A stretch of DNA of 64,000 bases from the human T2T-CHM13v2.0 reference genome, Homo sapiens: assembly GCF_009914755.1 (NCBI RefSeq), contig NC_060930.1; one strand, given 5' to 3'. Below, piece by piece: positions 37,561 to 53,499 of this stretch (position 1 is its first letter; every line of letters starts with the position of its first letter). A program made the position numbers and the translations under genes. The notes beneath the pieces are model-generated. The model did not search any database, had not been told where the DNA came from, and worked only from the letters and a program-made list of their open reading frames with translations.

Positions 37561-40500
37561 GAGGACACCACAGTGTGATTTCTAATTTTGGCATTGATGT
37601 GCGCTTTCTTTGCTAATTTCATGTTCTTTATGAAGGAATGGCGCTTTACCCACAAACAAGAGAACAATTGAACAAACAAATATTCCCTGGAATGATAACC
37701 CCATTTATCCATTTGTTTGCAAATTCATTCATTCATTCATTCATTCTACCAATCCTTGGGGATTAGTTGCTTGCCTGCTGGCCTCTGCCTGCTCTGACTT
37801 TTCGATCAGCTTCATGGACTATAGAGTTAGCACATTAATACTAAATCATTTTGGAGAGTATGCAGCTTGTAACTCTTGAAGGTAGAAGCATTTTATAAAT
37901 ACATCATAATACTGTAATAATCACAATGATAACTGTAAGAGCTTAAGTGTTCTTAACTATCAAATGTACTAGAAAAGCAACAATGACAGCAGAGAAAAGA
38001 TTGGGCAAAAATGCACTGATTTGAGAGAGGAGAATAGTGTAATTACTGTCTGATGAATGTGGTTGAAAGATAAATGAGATAAGTCACTTTTTGCGGGGAA
38101 GAGCCACAGAAAGGGCAGATACTCACCCTCATCCCCACTAGGTGTGGTGAAGAGATATAGTTTTGTTATATATAGAGAGAACTATATAGTTACGTTAACG
38201 TTAATGCAAGGGCAGACAGAAAGTTTGGGTAATGATGAATTCCAGGACAGAGAACTGCTGATTGACACTCAGGTCCCTAGGCAAGACAATCGTGATAAAA
38301 CGGAAAGAGAACAGCATGTTTGCTGGCACGGCAACAGAGGGTGATTCTTGTGGTGCAATGGTGTGGCGGGAAGGAAGGGATTCTCCTCCCTTTCTTTGTA
38401 TTCTTTGTTTCAGCCTCGCATGTAATTTTAGTACCTAAAGTCATGATGACAACTCTATAGAAATGTAGTGACAAATAAATAGGCAGGTAAGTAATTCAGA
38501 TTTTATCTTCCTGGGTCTTACCTGGGTGATGTGGACATGGATATTGCTAATGAGAGGTATCTGAATCTCTCTTCAGATGCCAGATGGGAGAGATGACCCT
38601 TATAAGGCTAGCTACACCTTTACCTGCCTCAGGTGACTGTGAACCAGGGACTGCAGTTCAGCTGGAGTCAGCAGCCTCCTCTCCAGATCTAGTAGCTCCT
38701 GAAAGCCACACATAATGACAGTCATTTCCAAAAGAGGCTGATTTTAAAACTGTGCTGAAAATGGCTAACAGCAGGCTGAAGGTTAAAGTAAAAAACTTAA
38801 AAACCATAAAATCTGCCTGGAGGCTATTTAAGCAAACTGTTTTAGAGGCACAGATGGTTCATATACCTCTGAGCCAAAAACAAAAAGGAAAAAGGGGACA
38901 GTAAAGCTGGCGTGATTAAGCAGACAAGTATGAAAGTTTTATTAGTACTAAAAAGGCATCCTTTAGAAAGTAAAAAATCCGTCTCAGGAAATTTGGAAGA
39001 CGTATTAAAGACCAATGGGAAATGGAGAGGGCACACAGATGACATTTCGGAAAGCAACCAAAAATAGTGAAGACTGTACGCATGGACATTGGATATCAGA
39101 AGCTGTGCTCCAAGGACCTTAGGAAGCAGTGTAAGAGAAAGATGCCGTATATGGGCAATTGGGAGTAGCTTCCCTGTCCTGTATCAATCTGTGATGTAGA
39201 GCAGGTTTTATAAGGATTTTTTGCAACTTAAACAGTGGTTTGAATCTTTAAGGAAAATCAGTTGAAGCAAATTTGAGAAGCTTAAGTGCTGTAAATCAGA
39301 GGGTCCAAAACATATGAAGGAAATAAAGTATGATGTTGCTGATAGCATTAAAAATAGCACGTATACTTGAGAGTGGAGAAGTCACTGGGGTGCAAGGGCA
39401 TCCAGCCTCTCTCAAGGGTCTGCTTTGCTGCATCCTGGATGCAGTCCTCCAGGTATCTTCCCATGAGCATGCTGGCGCCTGCACTCATGTGCACACAGAA
39501 AGCCTCTGGATTTGAAATGGGTGAGTGTCCATTATCATAATTTTGAGAAAAGCCAGACTCTAAGGAATGACAGAACAGTACAAAGTTTGCAGGGTCACTA
39601 TTTGAGGAGGCTCCTTTGAGAAAAACAAAACAAACAAACAAAAAACAGTATTTATGTCTTGAGTTAGCATTTGATACAAACCTAAATAAAAATGACCAAA
39701 TATAGCCTTGCAAAAAAGTAAGGTAAGTTGTTTGGATTTTCAAAAATCCAAGTAATTCATTTAGAGTTTGGCTGACTCCTCCTGAAGAGACCCTTGAGGA
39801 ACATAAACAACTGAAGACAAGGAATAAAGCCCAGCCTTGGATTAAGAACCTGGGGAAGGAGTGGATGATATTCCTCAGGGTAGAGAAATTAATAGTGTAC
39901 CATCCCAGGGGTTTATATTAGGAGTAGTGTCACTTGGTAATACTGATGGCTTATTTGGCAGTAGATGACAGGAAGGAGGTAGCATTCACTACTTTCTCTT
40001 AGTTGCTTTCATTTGAAAAACCACAGAGAATTACCCTCCGCCCAAAAAGAAACCCTTACAAATATATACATATAATGAGGTAACCTGACATCAGATGCAA
40101 TTCCATTCACTCAGCCATCAGCGAGCACAAGGGAACAAAACGTTTTAATCCTCACGTCCCTGATATGGGCTGACTCTCAGCATCCCCAGAGAGGAGAACT
40201 TGGTCCCATCTGTAGGGGGCTCATTGTGTTACCTGCCTAGAGTAAAAAAATTAACGTTTAAATGTTTGACTGCATTAAAGACAATTTTTAAAAGCAGACA
40301 AAAGTACGTCAAACAATATGCTGATAATCAAGCTATGTCCCTTCTCACAGGAAATGTGTAGTTCATTCTTCTTGAACCTGATTTTTATAAAAGGCTAACG
40401 CTGAACTTTAAAAGAGTTGACACAGAGGATTAAATGTGTTTTTATTATACTGCAGGCTATACAAATATGGGATACAAAAGCCTGAAAAGGTATATTGTTG

Positions 40501-41151
40501 AGGACAAAAGAACTAATAATAAAACTAAAGAATTGGTAAATGTAAATGTAATCAAAATGTACTCAGCCTCTTAACACTCAGGGGTAACCTTTGCAGTTGG
40601 CCACAATGGGGAAAGACTAGGTCAGACTCCATGGCAGATGGTTTAATACATAGTACATACATTAATCCATGGAGGCAGCCCTGGAAATGCAAGCAGGTTG
40701 TTAATGATCATGGATAGTAGTTGTGAGCTGTTCCTGGTCTTGCAGTTAAGTGTTCAGATGTCATGCTTCGGGGTCCAAGTTGATGGGTTTCTGGGTTGGG
40801 AAAACATTTTCCCCCTTCTATTGCACTGCACAGCTGATAAGGCATGCTTCAGGGAAGGAGTGATTTAGACTACTGCAGGTGAATGGAAGGGAGAGAAGGT
40901 AGACTTACAACCCAGTCCCATGATTTAGTTTGATGACTTTTTACTTCTAGTTAAAGTGGTACCATTGAGAGTTCATTGAGTATGAGGGATTTGTGAATCA
41001 AATGTAAAGGAGCAGACACCACTGCTGTAAATCTAATAGAACTTCAAATCTGACATCAAGTCAATACTGCTTACCAACAACAACAAAAGGAATCCCCAAT
41101 CTCATGGCCTACTGGCACCAGAGAAAACCATGTACCAATAATATAATTTTC

Positions 41152-41529
<378 letters not shown>

Positions 41530-41566
41530 TCAGCACAATCAAAGTTGACTTAAATAGTGAATTAAG

Positions 41567-41875
41567 GGCTGGGTGCAGAGGCTCACATCTGTAACACCAG
41601 CACTTTGGGAGGCTGAGGTGGGAGGATCACTTGAGGCCAGGAGTTCGTGACCAGCCTGGACAACATAGCAAGACTCTGTTTCTACAAAATATAAAAAAAA
41701 TCACCCAGGTGTGATGGTGAACACCTGTAGTCTCAGCTGCTAGGGAGGCTGAGGTAGGAGAATTGTTTGAGCCAGGAGTTTGAGGTTGCAGTGAGCTGTG
41801 ATTGTGCTACTGCACTCCAGCCTGGGTGACAGAGCAAGACCTTATTTCTAAAAAATAAATAAATAAATAAATAAA
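41567..41875 (+). mobile_element. AluJ
   Basis: Full Alu with an (AAAT)n tail. Confidence 0.9.
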
Positions 41876-41897
41876 TTGAATTAAAAACAGATAAACC

Positions 41898-42209
<312 letters not shown>

Positions 42210-43324
42210 AAAAACAGATAAATCCAGAGAATTAATTATAAAGAGGCATACTCCCAAGCCCTATACTGGGGTGGAGCTCATGGAAGTTATTTGTATTATT
42301 GAAGCACAAATTGATTATAGAAGCTTAAATCAAAATAACCAGAATTAAATAGAAACTCAGGAAAAAAAAAAACCCTAGATGCCTTATGGGGTTTCATTTA
42401 GGGTGTCATTTTGCATTAAATGCGATGAAAGAAGAAAGTTAAAGTGCCCCAGAGTAAATGGAGTTAGAACTTTATATTTCCTTTCCCCCAGAAGTACAGC
42501 TCCCCTCCTCATTCAAGCCCTTTTGCTCATTTTTTTTTTACATTTCTAATGTAGTCATTTAGTACTTAGTAAGTATCAGTTAATTTTTAATTTTTTATGA
42601 TCATATAATTCAGCTCTGGATAAGGAGATGTTTGATGTTCCATGGCCTAGATATTTGGCTAAATATTTGATCAGGGGCAAGTAAAGGTGATATAGACCTC
42701 AATTTCTTTCTCCCTATGTGTGTAGGGAGATGGGGTGATGTACTGGAGAAAACCTATGTCAAAACAACCGTGATAGTTAACCCCTATCACCTGCACTCTC
42801 CAGGGATGTCCAGGGGCCTGGTAAGGTATGGTCATGTTACTCTAACCCAGCTGTGCATGGGAGGAGACATGGAGAGATGGGCCTTACTCATTCCTGGGAA
42901 GCCTGGCACCCATGGGGTCCCTCCTCTCCACACCTGGAAGGCCAGTGGGGACAGGAAGGAAGTTGGCAGCTTCCATTTTGGTCTTGAGTCCTAAAGCTGA
43001 AATAATCCTTTCTGTCACTCAGCCCCCTTGCAGGGCAGCTGCTAACAGGAACAGTTGACCCACACTCGGCTTGGACCAGGATACTGGAATAGTGTGGGTA
43101 GTGAAAGGCCAGAGAGAAGCATAAGAATGCATATTTGGGTACAGACTGGTGTCTGTAAAACAAGCACATGAATCTGCAACTCAGTGAGGTCCTCAGAGGA
43201 TGGAACTTGTCTCAGGGCTGGGTGCCGTGGAAATTAGACATCTGAGACGTGGTTTCTGCTCAGAAGAGTGTCTGTTTGAGCGTGTGAATTGTCCTGTGCT
43301 TGTGTGGAAGTTGACTTCACGCCA

Positions 43325-43500
43325 CACATTTATCCACTTACGCATTTATTCAACAAGCAATATTGAGCATCCGCAGTATGAAGGGCATTGTTCTGTGGCT
43401 GGGGATACAAAGATAAATAAAGAGAGGTCCTTGCCTCTGAGGCTCTCACAGTTGAATGGGGAGAGCAACCAGTAAACAAATGACATGATGTGAGGCATGC
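43325..43500 (-). mobile_element. L2 3' fragment
   Basis: catttattcaacaagcaatattgagca and ggctggggatacaaagataaataag. Confidence 0.7.
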
Positions 43501-44651
43501 TGGAACTGATGCGGGTAAGAAGAACCCGGGCACCACAGGGTGACTTACCCAGCCCAGAGGCCAGGCTCTATGCATGAGTGAGCACATGCTAATTTAGAGA
43601 CCAAAATATAGATTCAGGAAATGGGATGGATAGAAAAAAGGACGGTGAGGCTCAAAAAAGATGTGAGTCAGGAATGAGAGCGCCACATGTCACACATTAA
43701 AAAACCAATGCATAACCCTTACTGTCATTCCCATGTTGTGCTTTAACATTTTAAAATATCACGGACTTTGTAGGAATGCTTGAAACAATACTACATAACT
43801 TAAAAAATGGATTTTTGACATCATTTTGCCCTTGGGATGTTTTATGAAGAAGTCTTCAGGAGATAAAGGAGGCAAAGAAGCAGAGAATCTAACAGACAGG
43901 GCTCAGGGCTCATGGATAAAGTAATGCAGAGACTGACAGGCACGTGAAGAGTTTAATATGTGTCTGCACATTTCCTGAACTGTGCAACCTTAAAGTGGTG
44001 GTAGAAAACTTCTCCAACATCCTCCTCCTACGGCCGAGAAAACTGTGGCCCTGAGAAGTTAAGTGACTTGCAGGGGCCACACATCTAGTGGCGGGGGGTG
44101 GTTACCACAACAGATATATCAGCTCTGATGAAGTTTCTAAACTCAGTAACAAGAGGAGGCTGTAATTGCAGTTGCCTGAAGAGCAATAGAAACTGGTCTC
44201 CTTTATGATTAGAATATCAGTGTTTAGTAAGTGTACATAATAACTTTGTAAAATGGCTTAGTATGCTATTTTTCAAGCTTTTATTTATTATGAACCAGTA
44301 GTAAAAAATTTGTTTTATAATTTAGTACGCACACACACACAAACTCATAACCAGTTTCACAGAATCTAAGTCACTTTGATGATGGCGTTTTCTTGATTTT
44401 GCCAGAAGGTATCAATGAAGATTTTCATACAATTATGTCACAGCTACAACCTGGCTAAAAACAAGGGCAAAATGAATCATGATTTCAGAAGTGTTAAAAT
44501 GTGAAAAATATCTGGGTTTTAGAATACGCAAAACAGGGCATATGTATTTAAAACTGAAATAAAAATTTCATGAAATAATACCATACTTATTTTCCTGTGT
44601 GATCCACTCTGATATTTTCTGTTTTATTTCATTTAAAAAATTGTTGATTGG

Positions 44652-44966
<315 letters not shown>

Positions 44967-45693
44967 TTACTGATGAGCTGAGAAGCTTGAAAATAGTAGG
45001 TAAATAGGTATATTGGTATGAAATGTCATTATCATGGTAGGTTGGGGGCCTTCAATTTCTCACCGTTGGATGGATTCTCTTTGACCTTAACTCTGCAATT
45101 TCACCAAGTTAAACCGAGCTATGATCAGTTATGCTCAACTTTCATTGTGGGCTCTCTTAGCAGAGTTATATTTATCACAAAATGGCCAGTGGCTCCTCCA
45201 TTTATAATTTAAGTATGCATTTGTCTTGATGGAGAACTGCAGGTGATGTGTGTATTGATCAGATAGTAAAAGGGAATGCTCAAATTTTAAGCTGTGCTAT
45301 ATGAAGCTGTTGTATCAGGTGAAAATGAAGCAAAGGAAGTCAGAGGTGAGTTGTTGGGGAGGACCAAGGGTGGGAAAGCCAGGGGAGTGGAGGAAGACCA
45401 GACAATGAGGAGGGGCAGCCTCCCAAGAAGCTTCTCACTGTCATTCTGAGCCTGGACCCAAGGGGAGGAGGAGTTGAATGGAGGGATAGACTCTCACCAT
45501 GTTCAGCCTGGTCTTCTCCATTCCAGTCAAATGAGATGAATTCCAGGCCTGTTCCACATAGCTGTGTTGTTAACCATGGCACGAGGCACATCCTTCACAA
45601 GGATTGGCCAACATCAGGGGAGTTGATGGGAGAACATCTTGGCTACCAAGTAGAAAGAGTGGCTGACTCTATTTTAAAGTCAGCCACTGATCA

Positions 45694-45855
45694 GGGGTGG
45701 TGGTGTGTACCTGTAGTTCTAGTTACTTAGGAGGCTGAGCAGGGAGGATCACTTGAACCCAGGAGTTAGAAACTGCAGTGAGCTATGATCACACCACTGT
45801 ACTCCAGCCTGGGAGACAGTGTGAGACCCTGTCTCCATGAATAAATAAATAAATA
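45694..45855 (+). mobile_element. Monomeric Alu (FRAM or right arm of an AluJ)
   Basis: Single arm from ggtggtgtgtacctgtagt to gagaccctgtctc, plus (AAAT)n. Confidence 0.8.
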
Positions 45856-45957
45856 GTAGACTGATGAAGACATAATAGCTAAGGCTTCCCCATTTAAATA
45901 GTTTGGTACTTAAAGCCAGATTAGAGATGGGGTGGGTGTGGAGTGGAGAATAAACCT

Positions 45958-46040
45958 GAGAACTTATTCATGTAACCAAACACCACCTGTTCCCCAAAAA
46001 CCTATTGAAATAAATAAATAAATAATAAAAAAGAAAAAGG
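45958..46040 (+). mobile_element. L1 (PB/MA-type) extreme 3' tip with A-rich tail
   Basis: aacttattcatgtaaccaaacaccacctgttccccaaaaacctattgaaataaa. Confidence 0.7.
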
Positions 46041-46092
46041 AAACTATCTGAGCTGGGAGTTTAACTGTTTGAATCATGGCCTTCTTTGATAA

Positions 46093-46800
<708 letters not shown>

Positions 46801-49800
46801 GTGTGGGCTTTTTGAATTCTGGTTTAGAGTTCTATATAATGTAACATGCATTAGACATGAGAGAATTCAGCTCCCATCTTCTCTTCTACAAACAAGGTTT
46901 CTTCCCTTAAGCCAGAGATAGAAGATGGAAGGTTTTCTGACATGTGCAGCCTAGAATGGAGGTTGGGACAGGTGGAGGTGAGCTGTAAATCCACCAGCAT
47001 GAGGGACAGCGTGGCCAGACTGGGGTTTGACTTGTACTGCCTGGTATGCCTCCCAGCAGATTTTTTGAGTAACCCTCCAGTAATAAACTTTACAGTATTA
47101 GGGAAAAGGGCATTTGGCCTGAGAGCTAGAGATGATGCTCCTTCCAGGATGTAGGCCTTGAGAAACAAGTGACAGAGTTTTTCTGCAGTTTGTCCAGTAC
47201 TTAGAGCAATCCCAGACCTCTCAAAATGGATGGCTTTAAAGTCACAAAACTGGTGATGTTAAGGAGAGCTTCTTCCATTTGCATTACAGAGACTTGATGG
47301 ATGTGGGGAAGCTCTAGTCGTGGTAAGATGTTGGATTAAATAATCTTGCTGCCTGGATGCCCTGTCAGATGCAGCGTAATACTTAACAGAACTCCTTACT
47401 CCCTGCCACCTCTGAAAGGAATTTAAACTGTCAGCCCATTAAGTGTTCATCTCTAATGTGAAATTTCTAGATGAAGGCAATTTAGCTTAATTTGCCAAGA
47501 CATCTCTTCATGTCTGGGAGGGCTGCTGGGGGAAGTAGAGCTGGAATCCATTGGAGCCACCAATCTGCAGAAGTCTAGAACACAAAGGACACAGAGTGGG
47601 TTTGGTGGGTCATTGTGGCATTTGTCAAGGAAAAGCAACATTGCCCTCTAAATGACTCCCACTTCTGTTCTGGAAAAAACGCATCATCATTCATGCCACC
47701 ATCCCAATAGACATAGGAAGCAATTTCTCTTCAGGTTTTGAGATGGTGCAAGCATTGACTTTTCTTTCTACAGAGGGCTGGGATGGGGGGTGGGAGGTGG
47801 TGGAGAAACTGTTATTCTGTGAGCCTGGCTGGGTCTGCAGATGGAAGGCCTTGTTCAAGTACAGCAGCATCCTTGTGCTGCAGTTAGTGGTTTTACATTT
47901 TTTAAAATCCCCTTCTGAGGGAAATCTGTGATTACATTTTTTTCTCTGCACAGGTGCTAGAATGCATTGCGCAAACACAAACATCCCACTTCATGAGAAA
48001 ATTTGGAAGTCATTTTCCTTCCATCTGTCTGAAGTAGACTGTGCTCTAAAACTGGCCATCCACCCACCCGTTCTCCCACGCACCTTCTCAGTGACAGGAG
48101 GAGATGGCATTGTAAGAGAATGAAAAAAAAAAAAAGATAAACCCTGCAAGGCATTTAAAAGGATGGCTTATTAGTATCAGTTGGACAGCTATGAATAACA
48201 CATGATAGCTTCTGGGGTGGCATATTATTCATAGAAGAGTCGCCTTAATTCTCCTTCTCTCCTCTTTCCCATTCCACTGTCCCTTTATTGCAGATACTCT
48301 TCTCCATCAAATTCTCAAATCCTTGCCAAATCTGAGTATTTTTTGATCACAGATCATTTTCACATGTCCACAGTGAGTTCTCGCCCACATAGGTAGGTAA
48401 GCAATGTTCCTTCAGAAAAGGGAGGCAGTGCCTGTTTCCAGAGGACGGTGCAGCTGTAAGCGCCTTGCACTCCAACAATCAGAGGCCCAGCAGGGCACCT
48501 TCCAAGCGCAGCTGCACAGCTCTCCAAGGCACTGCGCCCTACGTGCAGATTCCAAGCTACATTTAACACAATTGCCCATCAGCACTTAGGAAGCAGTTAC
48601 CACAGAAACCCAGCAGAGACCAATTAGTCACATGATTAAATTAATTAAAATAACCCAGGGCATCTGCCATCTTGCCTGTTTCTGCCACAGATAGCGCATG
48701 ACCCAGACAGAACTGCAATTGGTTAGCAATACTGTTGTGTCTCCTAATCCTAGAATTGTCTTCTTACCAAGAAAGCGGGTTCTCCTGATTTGCTTTTGTC
48801 TCCTCAAGAACTCTCTTGGGTTGTTTTGGAAGATATTCCTCCCCTATAAACTAGGCAGGATCAAATTTACAAAACATCAGACTTAATAAACAATGGGATT
48901 TGATATGTTAGGGGTAAGAGGATTTGGAAACATTTTCCAGTTGCACAGTTGAAGACTTTTAGAGATTTTTAAAAATGAGGACATTAACAATACATGCCAG
49001 AGGGTGCTCTGTAATATGCATTTACACTTGACCTGAGAATTCTGTGGCAAGTTGCAGAAACCAGATCATGGCTCTCCTTGTTAATGTAATAGGGATGTTA
49101 TAAAGGGCACAGGCAGCCTGTGTTAGAAGATGGTTCCAGTCAAGGGTGGTGTCTAATGATCCCATTCAGTGGTTTGTCATGTGTAAAAAGCAGAAATGCA
49201 CACTCTGAAGCAAACCCAGTAAATCAGTGCTTTGTCCTTGATATGCTGAATGACCTAATAATGGCCTCTCTGAAAACTCCATGTAGTCAAAGGTTTTCTG
49301 TTATACCAGTGCTATACTTCTGTGCACACACACAAATCAGCTTACCTGAAATCTCATAATGCTCACAGCAGCATGATTTCCATCACCTCAGACACTTTCT
49401 AGAGACCCATCTGATCCATCACACCTGAAACCAAATCACTAAATACTATTTGGAGGTATCCAACGAGGTAATAGTGTGGTTTTCCAATGTTCTTTCTTTG
49501 TGAATTGGCTTGACAAAATGGCATGAATTAATTATATAGTTTGACTGCATTAATGCGTGCCTAACAAAGCAAGTGGCATAACCTAGTCTATAAGCCTTGA
49601 CTCTGTGACAGGAGGATCATGGTTATACATGAATAAGAGGTAGAACGGAAACCATCAGCTTGGGCAGGTCTTTCAGCCGCTGTAGACATTGGGCCAGTCT
49701 AAACCTTACTTTTGCCTGGGTGAAACAGAGTCTAGTCAAACCTCGGAGCAGATGTGTCCATCTGGCAGTTCCCAACATCAGGTGACTGATGAAAGAGAAC

Positions 49801-51182
49801 CATGTGGTAATTGGGTCCAAACTAAAACTGTGATCTAACATATTATATAATGAGCCTCAAAGGAAATTAATTGATAGTATGTCATTAATAGCAGTAATAA
49901 CAAGAATATACATTTATATCACATTTTATAATTTATAAGGCATCCACATACCTCCAGACTTCAACTTAATCTCTCCTTTCTGATCTTTACCAGTTCTTAT
50001 ATTTGGTAAACATATATATGTGTACTTGGTACACTTATTTTGTTGCTGTCGCAAGTGACCATTTTGTGAATAAAATAAACATAATATGACTGCAAAAAAG
50101 AACTAAAACTGAGGTATAGAAAATATATTTCACATTTTAGAGATTTTTTTCCTTTGAAATCAAGATAAAAATGGAAACATATAAAACTTCCTTTGTATAA
50201 GTAATTAGTGAATACCTCTGATAGAAGTGATTTGAAAAGCAAAGATACATTTTAAATATATCATAAGGATAAATATGAGTGCTTCTGTGAACTGTAGGCT
50301 TGCTTTGTACAAGCAGAAATTTGTTTTTGCTGTCTGTATATCAAATTGTTCCGAAACTATTAAAAATTATGGAAGATATAGCCATTTGGAAAGTGTTAAC
50401 GGCTACTCTTTCAAGAATGGCAAAATGAATCAAAAATCAAAGTATATCTGATGGCCTTTAGCTGTATATCAGACTCGGTCAATATAAACCAAGTGTTTGG
50501 AAAGTTACTATAGAGTGTTTCAACAGATGGACAGAGTGCCAGGTAGTGGATTTGAAACAGATATTTCACTTTATTTGGTCCCATTTTGTGTAGATGATAC
50601 TTGGTTATTCATGAATTGAGCTCTCACACCAACACAAGGGATTTCCTGTCACCATCATTATTCTAAAATCTGGCTGCTAAGAAAAACTTTGAGGCTGAGT
50701 GGCTGAGATTGGTTATGGAGTAGGTTACTGGTTATGCATGTTCTTTTGTGATTTTTTAGGTTTATCCTTTGTCTGTGTCATTCAGCTTTTCCCATTCTAC
50801 CAAGGAGGATGAGCAGAAGATGACTCTGCATAATTTATGGATAATTTCTCCTGTTTTTCTGCCTGTATTCTCCCATGTTATATTGCCATTCATTGTATCT
50901 AGAGTGTAAAATTTAAACATTTTAGACTTAGAATGTTGATCCACAAGATTAATCCTGACATGCTTCTGAGACTGATGTGAAAAAAATTACAAAGTTAAAT
51001 TTCTACAAAATTTATGATTATAAGATGTAGGCTGTATTGATTTTTAGTCTTTTCATTTGATCTTCCTTGCAAACTTGGTTCTGAGTACTTACTGATACAC
51101 TTAGATTGTCCAAGAAATCAACTTCAGATGAGAGAACATAAAATACTTTGGAAATGAGTTTGTGTTTCTACTATTTTCATAA

Positions 51183-51490
<308 letters not shown>

Positions 51491-51779
51491 TAAAGATCTA
51501 GTTCTTGAATAGCAAAGGGGCAGGGCGATTTATGTAACTCCTCTGTCATAAATCCTCTCTAGAATGAGGCAGGGAGGGTACAGGTAAATTAATAAAATAT
51601 AATAAATATATTTTATATATGAAATATAAAAAAATTAAAACTGCAGAATACCATGGGTAGCATTTTAGTTCCAGTATGTTAATTCATAAGATACTAGAGA
51701 GATCAGAAAAAATTTAAGTTATTCTAGTGATATTAAAAAGTGAGACCTTTTTATTTAACAACTAGCTATTTAGATTAGC

Positions 51780-52020
51780 AGTTGCCATCTTCTCTAAATT
51801 CTTATAACTGCTTTCCTTTTTCATAGCGTATAATACTACTAGATATTGTATATTTTTTGTAGATGTTAATTTGTCTGTTGCCTGTTTTTCATTATAATAA
51901 AAACCCCATGAAGACAGTGATTTTGTCTGTCTTGTTTACCACTACATCTCCAGTGTTTGAAACTTCATCTGCCATATGAAAATTTCTTGATAAGTATTTG
52001 CTGAATGAATAGATAAACTA
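51780..52020 (+). mobile_element. L2 3' end
   Basis: ccccatgaagacagtgattttgtctgtcttgtttaccactacatctccagtg and taagtatttgctgaatgaat. Confidence 0.7.
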
Positions 52021-53499
52021 TTTCTGAACCAAATGATGAATAAACTAGGACTGGATTTTTGAAATGAAGAACATTGAAAGGAATGTTAATTTGTTAACCA
52101 AATAAGATTAAATGTTAAAAAAAAAAGCTAGCTTATAAACGAGTAGATTTCCTCATCTGTACTGTCAAGTGTTGGGTGCATTTTCTTTTCTTGTTTTGTT
52201 TACTTCCCACGCTACACCGACGTAAAGGGTGCATTTTTTGAACCTGGGAACCCATACAGAAGATGTGGAGGCTGTACAAGTAAAGGCTACACTAGTTGAC
52301 CAGCATATTTTTCTCCCTTCAATATACACATCCTTTAGTACAAAGTATGTAAATGGATCAGAGATGAAAAAAATAAGATGAAATTTATTTAAACTAAGAA
52401 AACAATAGAAACAGGCATGAAATAAGAAAAAGAGGAGATATTGAGAATTACCACGTTCGCCTAGTCCTGTCAAGAATAAATGGATCCACAGTCAGAGGAT
52501 CCTTAATCTCCTGATCATCCATCCACATGGCTTTATCAGGGAATCATGGGTTACACAAAACGTTTGCAGATTAACTAATCAGTCTTCCTAAATTTGTCAT
52601 GGTTGGAGTAATTATCTTGTTCTCAGTCACAGTGGTAATTGTCATATGAAACCTCTTATTTTGTGTTGTGTGAGAGAATATGGATTTGTATGAAATTTGG
52701 GTGACATATAGATCTGATTAGTTTCTTTAATACACATGTAGTTTGTACCTTGTGGCAAACATAGACTCTTATAATCTAAAGTAGGAATCTCAGTTGTCAG
52801 TCCCTGAGTGACTTGCAATAGAAATGTCAGTTTCTTCTCTTAAAAGGAACTGTGTTCAATGCACTGCATAGAACTGAGTTATGACTTTATTCAGGGGGCA
52901 GCAGTGGGGGAGAGGGTGGCCTGATGTCCTGGTTGTCTATCAGAGGGAGCCCAGAAAAAGACAGAAAATAACTAATTCAAAATGACCCTTTCACAGTTAA
53001 AATAATGGTACGTGCCTTAGAATAACCATTCTTTTCTCTCCTCTAGTTTGTCTGGTGGTTTCTACTTAGCAGCTTCCTGCCTTCACCCTACCAATCTGTT
53101 TTTAAAAAACAGGATTTCAGGAGCCTTACTTATCCTTCCCCAGCCCAAGAGGTGTTCAGATATGTTCATGCAGCTCTCTCCTGGGTCTCCTGTGTAGATC
53201 CTGGTAGTAAAGATAGGAGTAGCCCTGGAAGGATTTGAGAATTTTCACAGGGGTCTGTTACAGGACTGTGTGAAGCCAGGGTGAGAAGTCAACCAAGTGT
53301 GAATCTTGAAGTCCACCTGCTCCCTTTCCAGGGTCTCACCTTTGTCCACCCAATGACGGATTCCTTCCTCTCTGGATTCTCTCCTTCAAGTACCTGACTG
53401 TCCAGGCCCACCCTCCCTTTCCCCAAAACCTGACCTCTGGAGCCTTCCTGACCCCTAACAGGTAGCATCCTCTTCATACACCTATGGATACTCACGGTT

